Origin: Nitrospirota bacterium
Lineage (GTDB): Bacteria > Nitrospirota > UBA9217
NCBI GenBank assembly: GCA_963740085.1
Contig: CAVUCU010000003.1
Span: 160,001 to 224,000 of the forward strand
Reading direction: 5' to 3'
Length of the DNA stretch: 64,000 bases
How positions within the stretch are numbered: position 1 is the first letter of the stretch; each line of letters starts with the position of its first letter. This document shows, in pieces, positions 38,420 to 48,091 of the stretch. A program made the position numbers and the translations under genes. The notes under the pieces were generated by a model that worked only from the letters and a program-made list of their open reading frames with translations, searched no databases and was not told the DNA's origin.

Positions 38420-38518
38420 GGGAGAGGATGCCGATCTGGTGACGGCCCCGGACTTCAAATCCGCTGTTTCCTGGCTTTGGTCAGGAAAGGTGAGTTCGAT
38501 TCTCATGCTCTCCCGCCA
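38420..38518 (+). tRNA. selC: tRNA-Sec (anticodon UCA)
   Basis: GGGAGAG/CTCTCCC acceptor with G-CCA end, anticodon loop CTTCAAA, 9-bp variable arm, T-arm GTGAG-TTCGATT-CTCAT; close to selA and selB. Confidence 0.93.
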
Positions 38519-38581
38519 ATTTATTCAAGGGTTTATGTAGGCAAGTAGTCATACGGTAGCAGATAATAAATAAGTTAGCTG

Positions 38582-39655
38582 TCAAATTGTGCCCGAAATT
38601 GTGCCTATTTGTGCCCGGTCAGTATTTTCTTTCGACTCTTCATGATATCTATAGACCTTTTCTGATGCATTCTTCAAGTCAGCCTCGTTCACGATGTTAT
38701 AGCGATCAAAAACTGATCGTGTTTTGTGGCCTGAGATGCTCATCGCCACTTTCTCGGGGATGCCTGCTCTGACCATGTTTCTTACGGCCGTTCTCCTGAG
38801 ATCGTGAAATAGTTTCCCCCCAAGCCCTACTTTTTCACATGCAATGTCCCATGATGTTCCAAAATCTATTAGCTGCTTCCCTTGTCTAAATAAAACATAC
38901 GGGCATTGCGGGTATTGTCGATCCCGAAGCTCTTTTCGATACATAATGGTTTCGTACAAACTACCAAAGAGATAGATGACTCTTGCATCATCGTTCTTCG
39001 TCATGCCAGCTTCGAGAAGTATCTTGCCTTCGACAAGATTCACCTGGGACCACTTTAGGCTGAGAATCTCCCCCTTCCGCAGTCCGGTAAAGTATCCGAT
39101 ATCCAATACCGGCCTCAGATGTTCAGGCAATGCATCCCTGAGTCGCAAGTACTCTGCTTTATCAAAGTAGCCTGTTCTTACATTGTTTTCTTTCAGTTTT
39201 GGAATATAGGGGACTTGAATGACCTTAGGTGGAGTATTTCGTGTTCCGAGGGTGAACATCCTCTTTAGCGCTGAAAGCTCACGATTGATAGTCCCGTTTG
39301 TCGCCTCGGATTCCTTCCTCGCAACAATATATTCTTTAATACGGGCAGTTGATATCTCGCATACTTTCAATGAATCGAAATACTCTTTCAGATGGTCAAT
39401 GCTCAGGACAGCCCTGTCCAATGTCTTCCTAGCATTCATCATGTAATCGGTGACTAGATCCTGTGCAAGCTCATTGAAAAGAATCTTTTCAACCCTCAGT
39501 CCAACGAATTTTCCCTCCGCTATATGCCCCTCGCGAAGCTTGAGTAGCTTCTTAGCATCGGACTCTTTATTAGATTTGGTACTTTCACGGAACGGCTTTC
39601 CGTTTCGGTAATACTTAATCCAATAGGTCTTACCACGAAGATAAATCGTGCCCAT
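38582..39655 (-). CDS. int: Tyrosine recombinase/integrase
   Basis: [18 protein letters not shown] and [12 protein letters not shown] give the catalytic R-K-H-R-H-Y set. Confidence 0.93.
   Translation of the reverse strand: MGTIYLRGKTYWIKYYRNGKPFRESTKSNKESDAKKLLKLREGHIAEGKFVGLRVEKILFNELAQDLVTDYMMNARKTLDRAVLSIDHLKEYFDSLKVCEISTARIKEYIVARKESEATNGTINRELSALKRMFTLGTRNTPPKVIQVPYIPKLKENNVRTGYFDKAEYLRLRDALPEHLRPVLDIGYFTGLRKGEILSLKWSQVNLVEGKILLEAGMTKNDDARVIYLFGSLYETIMYRKELRDRQYPQCPYVLFRQGKQLIDFGTSWDIACEKVGLGGKLFHDLRRTAVRNMVRAGIPEKVAMSISGHKTRSVFDRYNIVNEADLKNASEKVYRYHEESKENTDRAQIGTISGTI
38584..38617. repeat. Three TTGTGCC direct repeats, candidate integrase arm-type sites
   Basis: AAATTGTGCCCG AAATTGTGCCTA TTTGTGCCCG, about 65 bp from the tRNA end. 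Confidence 0.6.
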
Positions 39656-39673
39656 TCCTTTTCACCTCCTTTC

Positions 39674-39883
39674 TCATTTTTGTTTTCGCTCCTTTTGCTG
39701 CTTTTTAAACCCACCCCCTTTCATCGCCACTCGCTCCAGGGCTATGTGCAAGAATGGCGGTATTTCCCTGACACCGCGCTCCCACCTGCTGACCGTCGAT
39801 ACATCAACGGACAGAATATCCGCAAGTTGATTCTGGCTGAAGCCGTTCTTCGTTCTCCAAGAACGTAACTGTACTGATGTCAT
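39674..39883 (-). CDS. Xre-family HTH regulator
   Basis: MTSVQLRSWRTKNGFSQNQLADILSVDVSTVSRWERG. Start moved to ATG39883 because the promoter overlaps ATG39901. Confidence 0.8.
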   Translation of the reverse strand: MTSVQLRSWRTKNGFSQNQLADILSVDVSTVSRWERGVREIPPFLHIALERVAMKGGGFKKQQKERKQK

Positions 39884-39889
39884 TTTGAT

Positions 39890-39918
39890 ATTATGGGCCA
39901 TTGGCCTATCAATGTCAA
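39890..39918 (-). promoter_or_regulatory. sigma70 promoter with operator-like palindrome in the spacer
   Basis: TTGACA-17nt-CATAAT; the spacer contains GGCCA-A-TGGCC. Confidence 0.65.
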
Positions 39919-39939
39919 GTTTTTTATATTCAGTCTATT

Positions 39940-40155
39940 TCAGTCTATAGACTGAGTCTTGTTTTTTTCGATCCAAGCCTCCATATCTTTGATGTCCAGT
40001 AATATTCTCTTTCCGTCTTTGACATAGGCTATCTTACCTGCCCAAAGCATTTCGCGTAAGGCACAAACAGTCCTGCCAAGATAAACGGAAGCCTCGTTAA
40101 TGTTAAAAAGTCTTTTTTCATTTAGAATATGTACGTGCTTATCCTTTGATTTCAT
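39940..40155 (-). CDS. Excisionase-like HTH_17 protein
   Basis: KRLFNINEASVYLGRT...GKIAYVKDGKRILLDIKDMEAWI, near the integrase. Confidence 0.8.
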   Translation of the reverse strand: MKSKDKHVHILNEKRLFNINEASVYLGRTVCALREMLWAGKIAYVKDGKRILLDIKDMEAWIEKNKTQSID

Positions 40156-40165
40156 ATCTGTTCAA

Positions 40166-40639
40166 TTACTTTTTATTCTGTTTTCCTTTAATAAGAAATA
40201 AGCCTGTATTACGCTTTTTTAACGAATTATGGATTATCCAGGAATACGACAATCTTTTGATATTTATTCTTTGCATGATAACAGCCCACCGCCTCCCAGG
40301 TGTAACCATAGTCCCTGATACATCGAGAAAGAATCCAAGCTCCGACTTACGTGCATTGACAGGGATCGCTGAGAGACGCCCATGCAGTTTCTCCTATCTC
40401 GCTCGCCCATGATGAGTTTATCTGCATATGGCAGTAATCATAGGAGCCATTACGATTAAAGTTGAGCGCGTAAGGATTGAACCGAGACTCTTCCTTCGAT
40501 ATCGCCCACAGGAGTGCAGGGGCAATACCGTATCGGTTCCCCGATTGTTCAAAGCAGTAATCTTGTGAAACTACGCAATATGAGGAGACCCAAATACCAA
40601 GATGACGGCAAAGCATACTAAGAATGATAGTTTCCTCAT
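40166..40639 (-). pseudogene. Lytic transglycosylase (SLT), disrupted by frameshifts and an in-frame TAA (real or assembly error)
   Basis: LLWAISKEESRFNP...SYDYCHMQINSSW...DPCQCT*VGAWILSRCIRDYGYTWEAVGCYH. Confidence 0.8.
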
Positions 40640-40695
40640 GGATTTGCGTTTCCGCTCATGATAATGAGATCTCCTGAGCAAATATATTTCGTAGT

Positions 40696-41424
40696 TCAGA
40701 TCATCCAATCTCGCGGATTTAGTTTGGGAGAATCGGCTGTACTCGATGATTTTTTTAATCCGCTCGCCGCAGACGATGGGGTTGACGATGAAACGACGGC
40801 AGTCGATTCAACTCTTTGAGGCACCAACTCCTTCCCGCAATATTTACAGACCTTCGCCTTTCTCTTGATGACTTCTATGCAGTAAGGACACTCTATTTCA
40901 TCATCGCGAAGATATCGGGACTCATTACCTCGCTCATTCGAGCGATGTTCCGTTTCTTTTAATTCACCTTGAATTCTGACAATAGTGTTATGAAGTAATT
41001 TTGGGTGAGATACGAATTTATTGATGGTTGCACCCTGCTCGGCTGCGGTCTGGATCTCCACATCCCCAAAGTCGAATATGCGACCGACGACAGTCTGCCT
41101 GTATTGAACGTTATTAATCTTGTCGAGGGGTGATTCCTTGGCCCTGTGCGTGATAATACCGGATTCATCGATAATACGGAGATTCGTTACTACCCAAATG
41201 TCCACGCTACGTTCAGCGATCGCATACCACAGATAAAGCCCGGCAAAAACCATCGTCCAAAACACCGAGTCTAAGAATTTTTTTGCAAGCACACTGTTAG
41301 AGAAATAAGTTGTTATAAGAAGGATGGCAGAGCCGATAAATACCAGCCAGGGTTTGATCAGTACAACCCAATGCTTCTCGATCTTCAGGATGACTTCCTC
41401 TCCGTCGCGTAATATTGTTCGCAT
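40696..41424 (-). CDS. Membrane protein with bacterial PH domain (bPH_2) and zinc ribbon
   Basis: VVTNLRII..SGII...PLDKINNV....GRIFDFGDVEIQTA; CPYC...CKYC. Confidence 0.8.
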   Translation of the reverse strand: MRTILRDGEEVILKIEKHWVVLIKPWLVFIGSAILLITTYFSNSVLAKKFLDSVFWTMVFAGLYLWYAIAERSVDIWVVTNLRIIDESGIITHRAKESPLDKINNVQYRQTVVGRIFDFGDVEIQTAAEQGATINKFVSHPKLLHNTIVRIQGELKETEHRSNERGNESRYLRDDEIECPYCIEVIKRKAKVCKYCGKELVPQRVESTAVVSSSTPSSAASGLKKSSSTADSPKLNPRDWMI

Positions 41425-41540
41425 GTAGTTATCCTTTCACTGCTGAATATCAGGTGAATTTTCGTTCAGCGCGATCATGGTCAGCTTGCCCATTGACTTT
41501 ATCTAATGAAAATGATATTTTATTTATTGAGGTGATAGCC

Positions 41541-41765
41541 ATGATGTACACTTTGATTACATTCGGTATATTCTTCGCGTTTTACTATTTGGTCATTAGA
41601 CCTATAAGAAAACGTTCAAAACATACTGAGATCACGACAGCCAAAAATAACGAATCCAAAAATTGGGCCAATGACCCTGCTGATCCTCTTTATCAAGAAA
41701 CTTATCGGCAATGCATCAAAAGAATGGTAACACTGATAAAGTCGCCACGATATCGGAGCAGATGA
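41541..41765 (+). CDS. Small membrane-anchored protein convergent with traG (entry-exclusion candidate)
   Basis: RBS GAGGTG and an N-terminal TM helix; the only plus-strand gene in the tra region. Confidence 0.55.
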   Translation: MMYTLITFGIFFAFYYLVIRPIRKRSKHTEITTAKNNESKNWANDPADPLYQETYRQCIKRMVTLIKSPRYRSR

Positions 41766-41767
41766 AA

Positions 41768-44752
41768 TTATCGTTCATTCTGCTCTATTTGTTTTCTCAT
41801 CAATTTATTAACCATATTTTTCATTGCATCCTTGATTTCCGCCCCTGGCACGCTAGCCCCGAATTTTTCCGGATCATTTATCGCTAATTTATTCGCCAAT
41901 TCTCCAACGTGCTCATTGAGTTTGTCCATAATGAACTGACTATGAGCGTCTCCCTTGAGACCTTTAGCATGAGCTTCACGATCAGCCCCTTCAATCCTTT
42001 TAATGATTTCTCTATTCATAAGATTAGTGTTATATGAATCCGTTCTCATGCCACCAACCGCAGCTGACCCATCTATTGATGCTCCACCGAATCATAGTTT
42101 TGGCACCAGCATATCCATTGCACACTGCCATCGGCCTTAACATAGTCCTGCGAAATTCCTGTCCTGCTCAAATACTCTTTAATGTCATTTCCGACAGACT
42201 GAGCCATATGCAGTAATTGCAGCTCGACGTTGATCCTCATTTTTTGCATTCGTCAGACCACGTCGCCATTGCCTTATCCTTATTCATTACCATCTGAAGA
42301 CCGTGGCCGATTGTCTGTCCATGATCTACTGTTCTTGTTCTTTCGTCGTGGCTTCTGTCTATTGAACCGCTTTCACCTTTGTGCAGGACGGTTTTGCCGG
42401 ACTGATTGACATAATCTGTTTCCATTCCATGTACTGTTGCATGTTCCTTGACCTTATAGGTTCTGTCTTCAATAACATCATTATGCTTCTGCGCAAATTC
42501 TGACCCGCCCGTTCCGCCCACATAGATGGTATTTCCTCGAGAATCCGTAGTAACATGACCCTCGTGGCCGTCACTCCCTTTAGTTCCGTCCAGATCGTGG
42601 ATGTTACCTTTAATCGTTGAACTTCCTCCGGGAGCGCCTGCTACAATAAGATCGGCGCCTGCCCTGACCAAGAAACGCTTCCCGTCTTGAGTGAATTCCA
42701 TGTCATGCTGCAGCTTACCGTGACCGGTTACATTTGAGATAGCGCCATTTTTGTCGTATGCAAATTCAAGCTGCATCCCGGCGCGGAATTGATTCTTTTT
42801 GTCAGTAATATCTAACGCCTTATTCAGTTGATCTGCCTGCCTCTGATCCAGCATCTTGCCGCCTGTCTTGAACTCCTCCCATTCCTGCTGACTTAAACCG
42901 AAAGCTGCCGCCCCTGCCTGAGACATGGTCGTATTGGACGCTCGTTGAGCTGCGTTTGTCGTTGACAATTGATCAGACGCGCTTTTTGGTCCGTGGAAAG
43001 CAGAAACCGACTTTTCTGTTGAGAGCTGTACTTGTTGCACCCTCAAAACCGCTTGCCCTGCCGCCCCTCATCCCTCCGGTAATCGAGTCCCTGCTCATCA
43101 TGGAGCTTTCGGTCAATGACGACTGAGTATTCTTGGCAGCCGCGAATTGCTTCGCCATTGTCAGCCGGTCCTGTCCAAATGCAGCTGTCTGGCCCCAGCT
43201 CACCCGAGATCCCTGATAGCCTTCCATGGCCTGCGCGGACCCTGTCGGCGTCATAGCGGCAGTGCCGGCAGCGCTTGCCTGCCCCTGTACCGGACTTGCA
43301 AAGTGTTCCGCAAAACGTGTCATTGCGTAAGAACCAGCAGGGATTAGAGTAGTGGACACGATGGAAGCCAGAACCATTCCAGCCATTCGCAGCATGCCGA
43401 AAAGACCGAGCGTTTTTGTCGCGGCCGACGGCATAAGCATGATGGCGGCATATCCGGTCCCGTTTCCCCGAATCTGGTCAAAATAGGTATACGCGTAATT
43501 TGTCGCCAGCGTATGGGTGAGAGCGTCGGCGACGCCCCATGCGGTCAGCCAGACGAAAAAGCCTATCAGTAGAGCAATGGATTTGGCTCCAATCGGCGTC
43601 GTGATAAACAATAAGAGGAACGGCATCAGGCCAACAGCGACGCATGTAACGACAGCCCGGATTATCGGGAGATACTCGTTCGCAATGACTCCCATGGCAG
43701 ATGTAGTCGATATGACCCCAATATTGGACTGAGCCGCGATAGCCTGGTTGCTGTTGCCGTTCTGAATGACGTCATGAAGCTTCTGGGCCAAGGCAGTTTG
43801 CTGAAAATACTTGTCGGCGTTCATAGTCGAACCGGTCGTCCACTGCAATGTTGCCCCGAGGATTTGGCGGCAACGGTTGGACTCGTCGATGTCTGCCATA
43901 TTAAAACCTGCGCTTGAACATCGTGCATTGATAAGTTCAGGAAGGGAATTAATGCTATTATCATTCAAGACGGTCGTAATCGTGGCATATGCCGTATCAC
44001 ATGCCATCACGGTCCCATTCTGATTCGAAGCGTCATAATATGTGGTGTTGATCGCTGGAGAAGCTGCCAATTGGAACAAGGTCCAGAGGTCTTTTCCCGA
44101 GCTGGCGTTGTTCATGATATCGCTGATAAGCAGCGTTGATCCGGGGCGGTTAATCTCAAACATGACGCAGTCCTCGATATATTTCGTCGTTGATGCATCC
44201 AGATACTTATTCAGCAAATAGACGTTTGTGGATGCTTTATTAACCAGATCGAACCCGATGCCGCCCGCGCCATCTGTGTAGGACAGCGGGCTGCCGGAAG
44301 TATTTATGATATCAACGAGGCCTCGCTCTATCGTGTTGAATAGTTTGACCGAAAGCGTGATGCCGTTCGGAATGCCCGCAACCGGCTGGTATTTGTTCAT
44401 GACCGGATCATAAATATGAAGTGTCCCTTTAGGCACGAAGAGCCCCAGATAAACAGTAATGCCGATCACGAGAGGGAGGAGCCAGGAAAGCATGGCTCCT
44501 CCCCCCTTCCCTCCGCTAATGGCTTTAAAATGGTGGGACAAAACGCTGAACATGATCCCCGCTACGGTAATCGGGAAGAATAACAGCGTATAATTGACAT
44601 TACCGAATATCGCCGCAGCAAGCTGCCAGGCCGATAAAACAGCGTCAAACCCATTGTAGGTGTAATATTCGGCGTCAAAGGCGAGGACATCTCGTCGCAA
44701 AAAGAACACCGAATAATATTGATACAATCGTTAATAATGTGCGTCGTTTCAA
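41768..44752 (-). CDS. traG: TraG mating-pair stabilisation protein, split by several frameshifts
   Basis: TraG_N-type sequence (EYYTYNGFDAV..., GFFVWLTAWGV) in 42973..44727, with low-complexity C-terminal pieces at 42237..43046 and 41768..42049; follows traH. Confidence 0.8.
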
Positions 44753-44764
44753 GCAGGTCCCCCG

Positions 44765-46231
44765 TTATCTAGAAAATGCGCCGGTCACGCCGAATCTCTT
44801 TGCGATATCAGATTCCAGCTTGCCCTTTTGCTCTTCGAATGCGCGAATGTTCGTGAGCATGGCGGTCATATGGGCGAGCTCGGCGTTATAGCCGTCGTTC
44901 AGTTCCTTACGGAGAACTGCGACTCGCTCCATCAGCTTATCGGCCTGGGACAAGACACCTTCAAACATCTTGGCGCTGCATTCATTGGAATCCCCTGCTG
45001 AAGAATCCGTTGCCTCAACCGTAGGCTTCGACTTTTTCTTTGCAACCTCTTTCGCTTTTGCAAGCATGGCTTCGGACTTGGTATAAAGATCGTTTAAAAT
45101 CAATCGCGTCATGTCTTTGGCAAGAAGCGGCGTTATCTGCGCGATGATCATGTCTTTGTTTCCTGACTGTACCCCGAATTTTATATAGCTGTAAGCATCA
45201 CCGCTTATGTAATTCAAAAATCCCGATTCTGCGGGAGACAAGGGGGTCTGAGTCTCCATCTTGCTCGCGATGGAAGTAACGATATTGGTAACGTAGGTCT
45301 TGATGTTGGCGTTCGGCCCGCTGTCCTGAGTGCACCTGCTGGTATCATTAAAATCACGCAGATAGACTGCGTTATCGAAGATGCTGGTGACGTTATATAT
45401 CTTGTTCTCTTCGCACGGAGGGATCGCGAATGTCGTATATCCCGAGGTCGGATCCCTGTTGATGCCCACGTCCCCTACTATGCCTGCAATCAGTTGAGTC
45501 GTGGCAGTAGGAAGTCCGATCCGGTCGCCGATATTGGTGAGGAGAGATGTTGCCCCGTATGTATTGGCGCGGGTGGTAAAAATCACGTTAAAATCGGCAT
45601 CGCACCCGGACGTGGCGGCGGTTATGGTCGAAGGGCTTGGTTTCCCGTCATTGGCCACTGTTTTGTCGTTCGATTCCGTATAGAAGGCGGATATACCCGA
45701 TGATTGTTCGTAATCAGACACAATGCCGTCAAGTTCGGGTTCTTCATAATCAGATGCCTCAGACATGGTCTTCGCCACGATAGCCTGGGTAGCTTTACAG
45801 CTGTCCAGTTGCAAACTGTTCAGTCTCGACATCATGGATTGAAATTCCTTGATACTCTTGGCGCATTGGGTACAAAGGACGTTCAGGGCCAAGTCCAGAG
45901 CGACGCTCGGGGCGTTTTGGAGTATCGACTGCAGCTGTTTAACGAGATAGTTGGCGTTCAGGAAGCTCATGCCTCCCGCGAAAACGTCTATTCCGCCGCA
46001 GCCTGACTTCAATTTCGGCGGTGTCACGGACACAAGGTAATCGCTGCTGTTTCTCCAGCGGGCGGAATAGCCCCCTGCTGATAGGTATCCTCTCGACTGG
46101 CCCTTATAGTAGCTCGGTTGATCGACAACGGCATTTGCCGTCCAGTCGTCAACCCATCCGGCGAATACTGCGCTCGGCATTATGAGGATGATGATTAATG
46201 CGATAGAAAGAATATGTCGAGTCGTCTTCAT
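44765..46231 (-). CDS. traH: Conjugal transfer protein TraH
   Basis: QSRGYLSAGG, PPKLKSGCGGIDVFAGGMSF and LDSC. Confidence 0.9.
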   Translation of the reverse strand: MKTTRHILSIALIIILIMPSAVFAGWVDDWTANAVVDQPSYYKGQSRGYLSAGGYSARWRNSSDYLVSVTPPKLKSGCGGIDVFAGGMSFLNANYLVKQLQSILQNAPSVALDLALNVLCTQCAKSIKEFQSMMSRLNSLQLDSCKATQAIVAKTMSEASDYEEPELDGIVSDYEQSSGISAFYTESNDKTVANDGKPSPSTITAATSGCDADFNVIFTTRANTYGATSLLTNIGDRIGLPTATTQLIAGIVGDVGINRDPTSGYTTFAIPPCEENKIYNVTSIFDNAVYLRDFNDTSRCTQDSGPNANIKTYVTNIVTSIASKMETQTPLSPAESGFLNYISGDAYSYIKFGVQSGNKDMIIAQITPLLAKDMTRLILNDLYTKSEAMLAKAKEVAKKKSKPTVEATDSSAGDSNECSAKMFEGVLSQADKLMERVAVLRKELNDGYNAELAHMTAMLTNIRAFEEQKGKLESDIAKRFGVTGAFSR

Positions 46232-46251
46232 GACGATAACCTCCCTCGCTG

Positions 46252-47175
46252 TTATTGTTTGCTGTAGACGGACGGATCGAAACCGCCGCCGCGCTGGTAT
46301 TCGTACATATTGAATTCTTCCGGGGTAATTTCGCCGCCAAGCAAGCGAATTCCTCGATAAAGCCTCTGCTCAATTTCATCGAGCGTAGTCACGCCTACCG
46401 CAACCGGCAACGATTCGGTGCTGTGTTTGTATATCAAGAGGAGAAAAGGAACTGTGCTTACATTGAACCGGGCGGCAAGCTCGGGGGCGCTCTCAATATC
46501 GACTTTTTTGATCTGCCAGTGATATTTGTCCACGAAGAATTTGAGAATGCTGCTCTGGGCCTTGCAGAAATCACAATCGGCCTTATAAAAGTAGATCATC
46601 GCAAAATCGTCCGCCGATGAAGCTATTTTGGATTCAACTTCCCTGTTCTGCATTTTGAGCCTGGCCGTCTTGCCTGGGGTGTTTGACGGATAATCGAGGG
46701 CAAGCGTATTCAATTCCGGGTGTTTCTGCCAGACGAGTGTGGCGACGTTGGCAAAGGCGTTCGCCCGGGAGCGGGCGATATCCTGAATTTTATAGTAGTC
46801 GGCAACGTTCTCTTCCGTTGGATATTGAACGGCTTTATCAAAGAACGCATCGAGGAGCGGCTGAAAATCCTTCGGATGCATGTTCCAAAGCTGCTCGGTG
46901 GCGTAGTCCTTCATGCTCGGCATGAAATACTTAGGCTTTTGTCTTTTCTCCTCTTCATTCTTCTTTTCCGGTTCCTGCTCATACCACCAATAGCCATTGT
47001 GTTTAACGTCTTTATAGTATGGTATTGCGATCTGCTGATCCTGGGACTGAGTCTGCTGGTTTTTCGGATTCTGGTCTTGCTGCGCAATCTGACTTAGGGG
47101 CAGGGCCTGTTCGTCAGCCTGAACTACAGCCGCAAATAAAGTGACAATACATATGGAGAAGATATTTTTGATCAT
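46252..47175 (-). CDS. traF: Conjugal transfer protein TraF (thioredoxin-like)
   Basis: GYWWYE, AVQYPTEENV and YFYKADCDFC. Confidence 0.88.
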   Translation of the reverse strand: MIKNIFSICIVTLFAAVVQADEQALPLSQIAQQDQNPKNQQTQSQDQQIAIPYYKDVKHNGYWWYEQEPEKKNEEEKRQKPKYFMPSMKDYATEQLWNMHPKDFQPLLDAFFDKAVQYPTEENVADYYKIQDIARSRANAFANVATLVWQKHPELNTLALDYPSNTPGKTARLKMQNREVESKIASSADDFAMIYFYKADCDFCKAQSSILKFFVDKYHWQIKKVDIESAPELAARFNVSTVPFLLLIYKHSTESLPVAVGVTTLDEIEQRLYRGIRLLGGEITPEEFNMYEYQRGGGFDPSVYSKQ

Positions 47176-47183
47176 ACCGATCC

Positions 47184-47684
47184 TCAGAATATTGGAAATG
47201 CCTTTGCAACTACGTTTCTGCTATCAACGAATCCAAAATATCGTGAATCGAAACTGTCTTTATGCTGTCCTATGACGAACAGGCTGTTGCTCGGGATCGT
47301 TCCGTTGAAGACATAATTATTCACAGGCTTCCCTGCAAGAGAAACGTCTTTCGCCTTCCCGAGATATTCGTTATCGCAGTAATAGTCTTTGTTGACGACT
47401 GTTAAGAATGATCCACCCATGCATCCGACGATCTTCAACGTCTTGTCCGTGTCCTGTTTATCGGTAAACTGCCTGACAATTTCCTTACTCATGTCAAACA
47501 TGATGTAATCCCCTTTTTTAATGCTGTTCCTGTCAGGATTGAAGATTAAAAAGAAAACCCGATGATTAAGGGACGGCGTAAGCGTCACCGAAATATGGGC
47601 CGGCAGTAGACCCCCGATGCTCAACAGGACGATCAGCGTTATGATCTTAATTGTCGATATTGATTTTTTCCGCGTTTCTGACAA
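47184..47684 (-). CDS. S26 family signal peptidase (TrhF-like pilin-processing peptidase)
   Basis: TPSL, LKIVGCMGG and FVIGQHKDSFDSRYFG. Confidence 0.85.
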   Translation of the reverse strand: MSETRKKSISTIKIITLIVLLSIGGLLPAHISVTLTPSLNHRVFFLIFNPDRNSIKKGDYIMFDMSKEIVRQFTDKQDTDKTLKIVGCMGGSFLTVVNKDYYCDNEYLGKAKDVSLAGKPVNNYVFNGTIPSNSLFVIGQHKDSFDSRYFGFVDSRNVVAKAFPIF

Positions 47685-48015
47685 CGGCGTCTCCTAACAG
47701 TACAACGGTGCGTTTATCGGTTTTCAGCAGGGCCTTTTCAATTTTGTCCACGCTTTCCGTGAATTGCTTCTCGGTTATGCTTCCAGCCAGGAACAATTGC
47801 TTTCTATCCAGCATGTAGCCTCTAATATCGATGAAAGCGATTCTTCGAGCAAAATACCTGTCGTATAGAGAAACGGTGATTATTGAGACGATAATATTCA
47901 CGATAAGAAGCAGAATAACCGCCCCGACCGTAAGCTTGTTCTTCTGATGCATCGGTTTTTGACCTTTTTCAATATTCATCTTGGTCACGTCCGGCTTATT
48001 ATCTCCGTCATCCAT
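47647..48015 (-). CDS. TrbI-like F-type conjugation protein
   Basis: Single TM helix then RIAFIDIRGY...VVLLGDAVV; position in the tra operon. Confidence 0.6.
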   Translation of the reverse strand: MDDGDNKPDVTKMNIEKGQKPMHQKNKLTVGAVILLLIVNIIVSIITVSLYDRYFARRIAFIDIRGYMLDRKQLFLAGSITEKQFTESVDKIEKALLKTDKRTVVLLGDAVVRNAEKINIDN

Positions 48016-48039
48016 AAATATCCTTTTCACCCAAGGGAG

Positions 48040-48082
48040 AGGCCCTCCCGGAAAGACTATTTGCTGCAATCCGGGAGGGCCT
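48040..48082. other. Intergenic 13-bp stem hairpin after trbC
   Basis: AGGCCCTCCCGGA ... TCCGGGAGGGCCT. Confidence 0.55.
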
Positions 48083-48091
48083 TGGGGGAAG

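Noticed and set aside
30067-38518. Selenoprotein genes near selA/selB/selC
   Set aside because: No in-frame TGA in a redox motif was found by eye. The broken ORFs are explained by indels or a TAA, not UGA. A systematic search was not possible.
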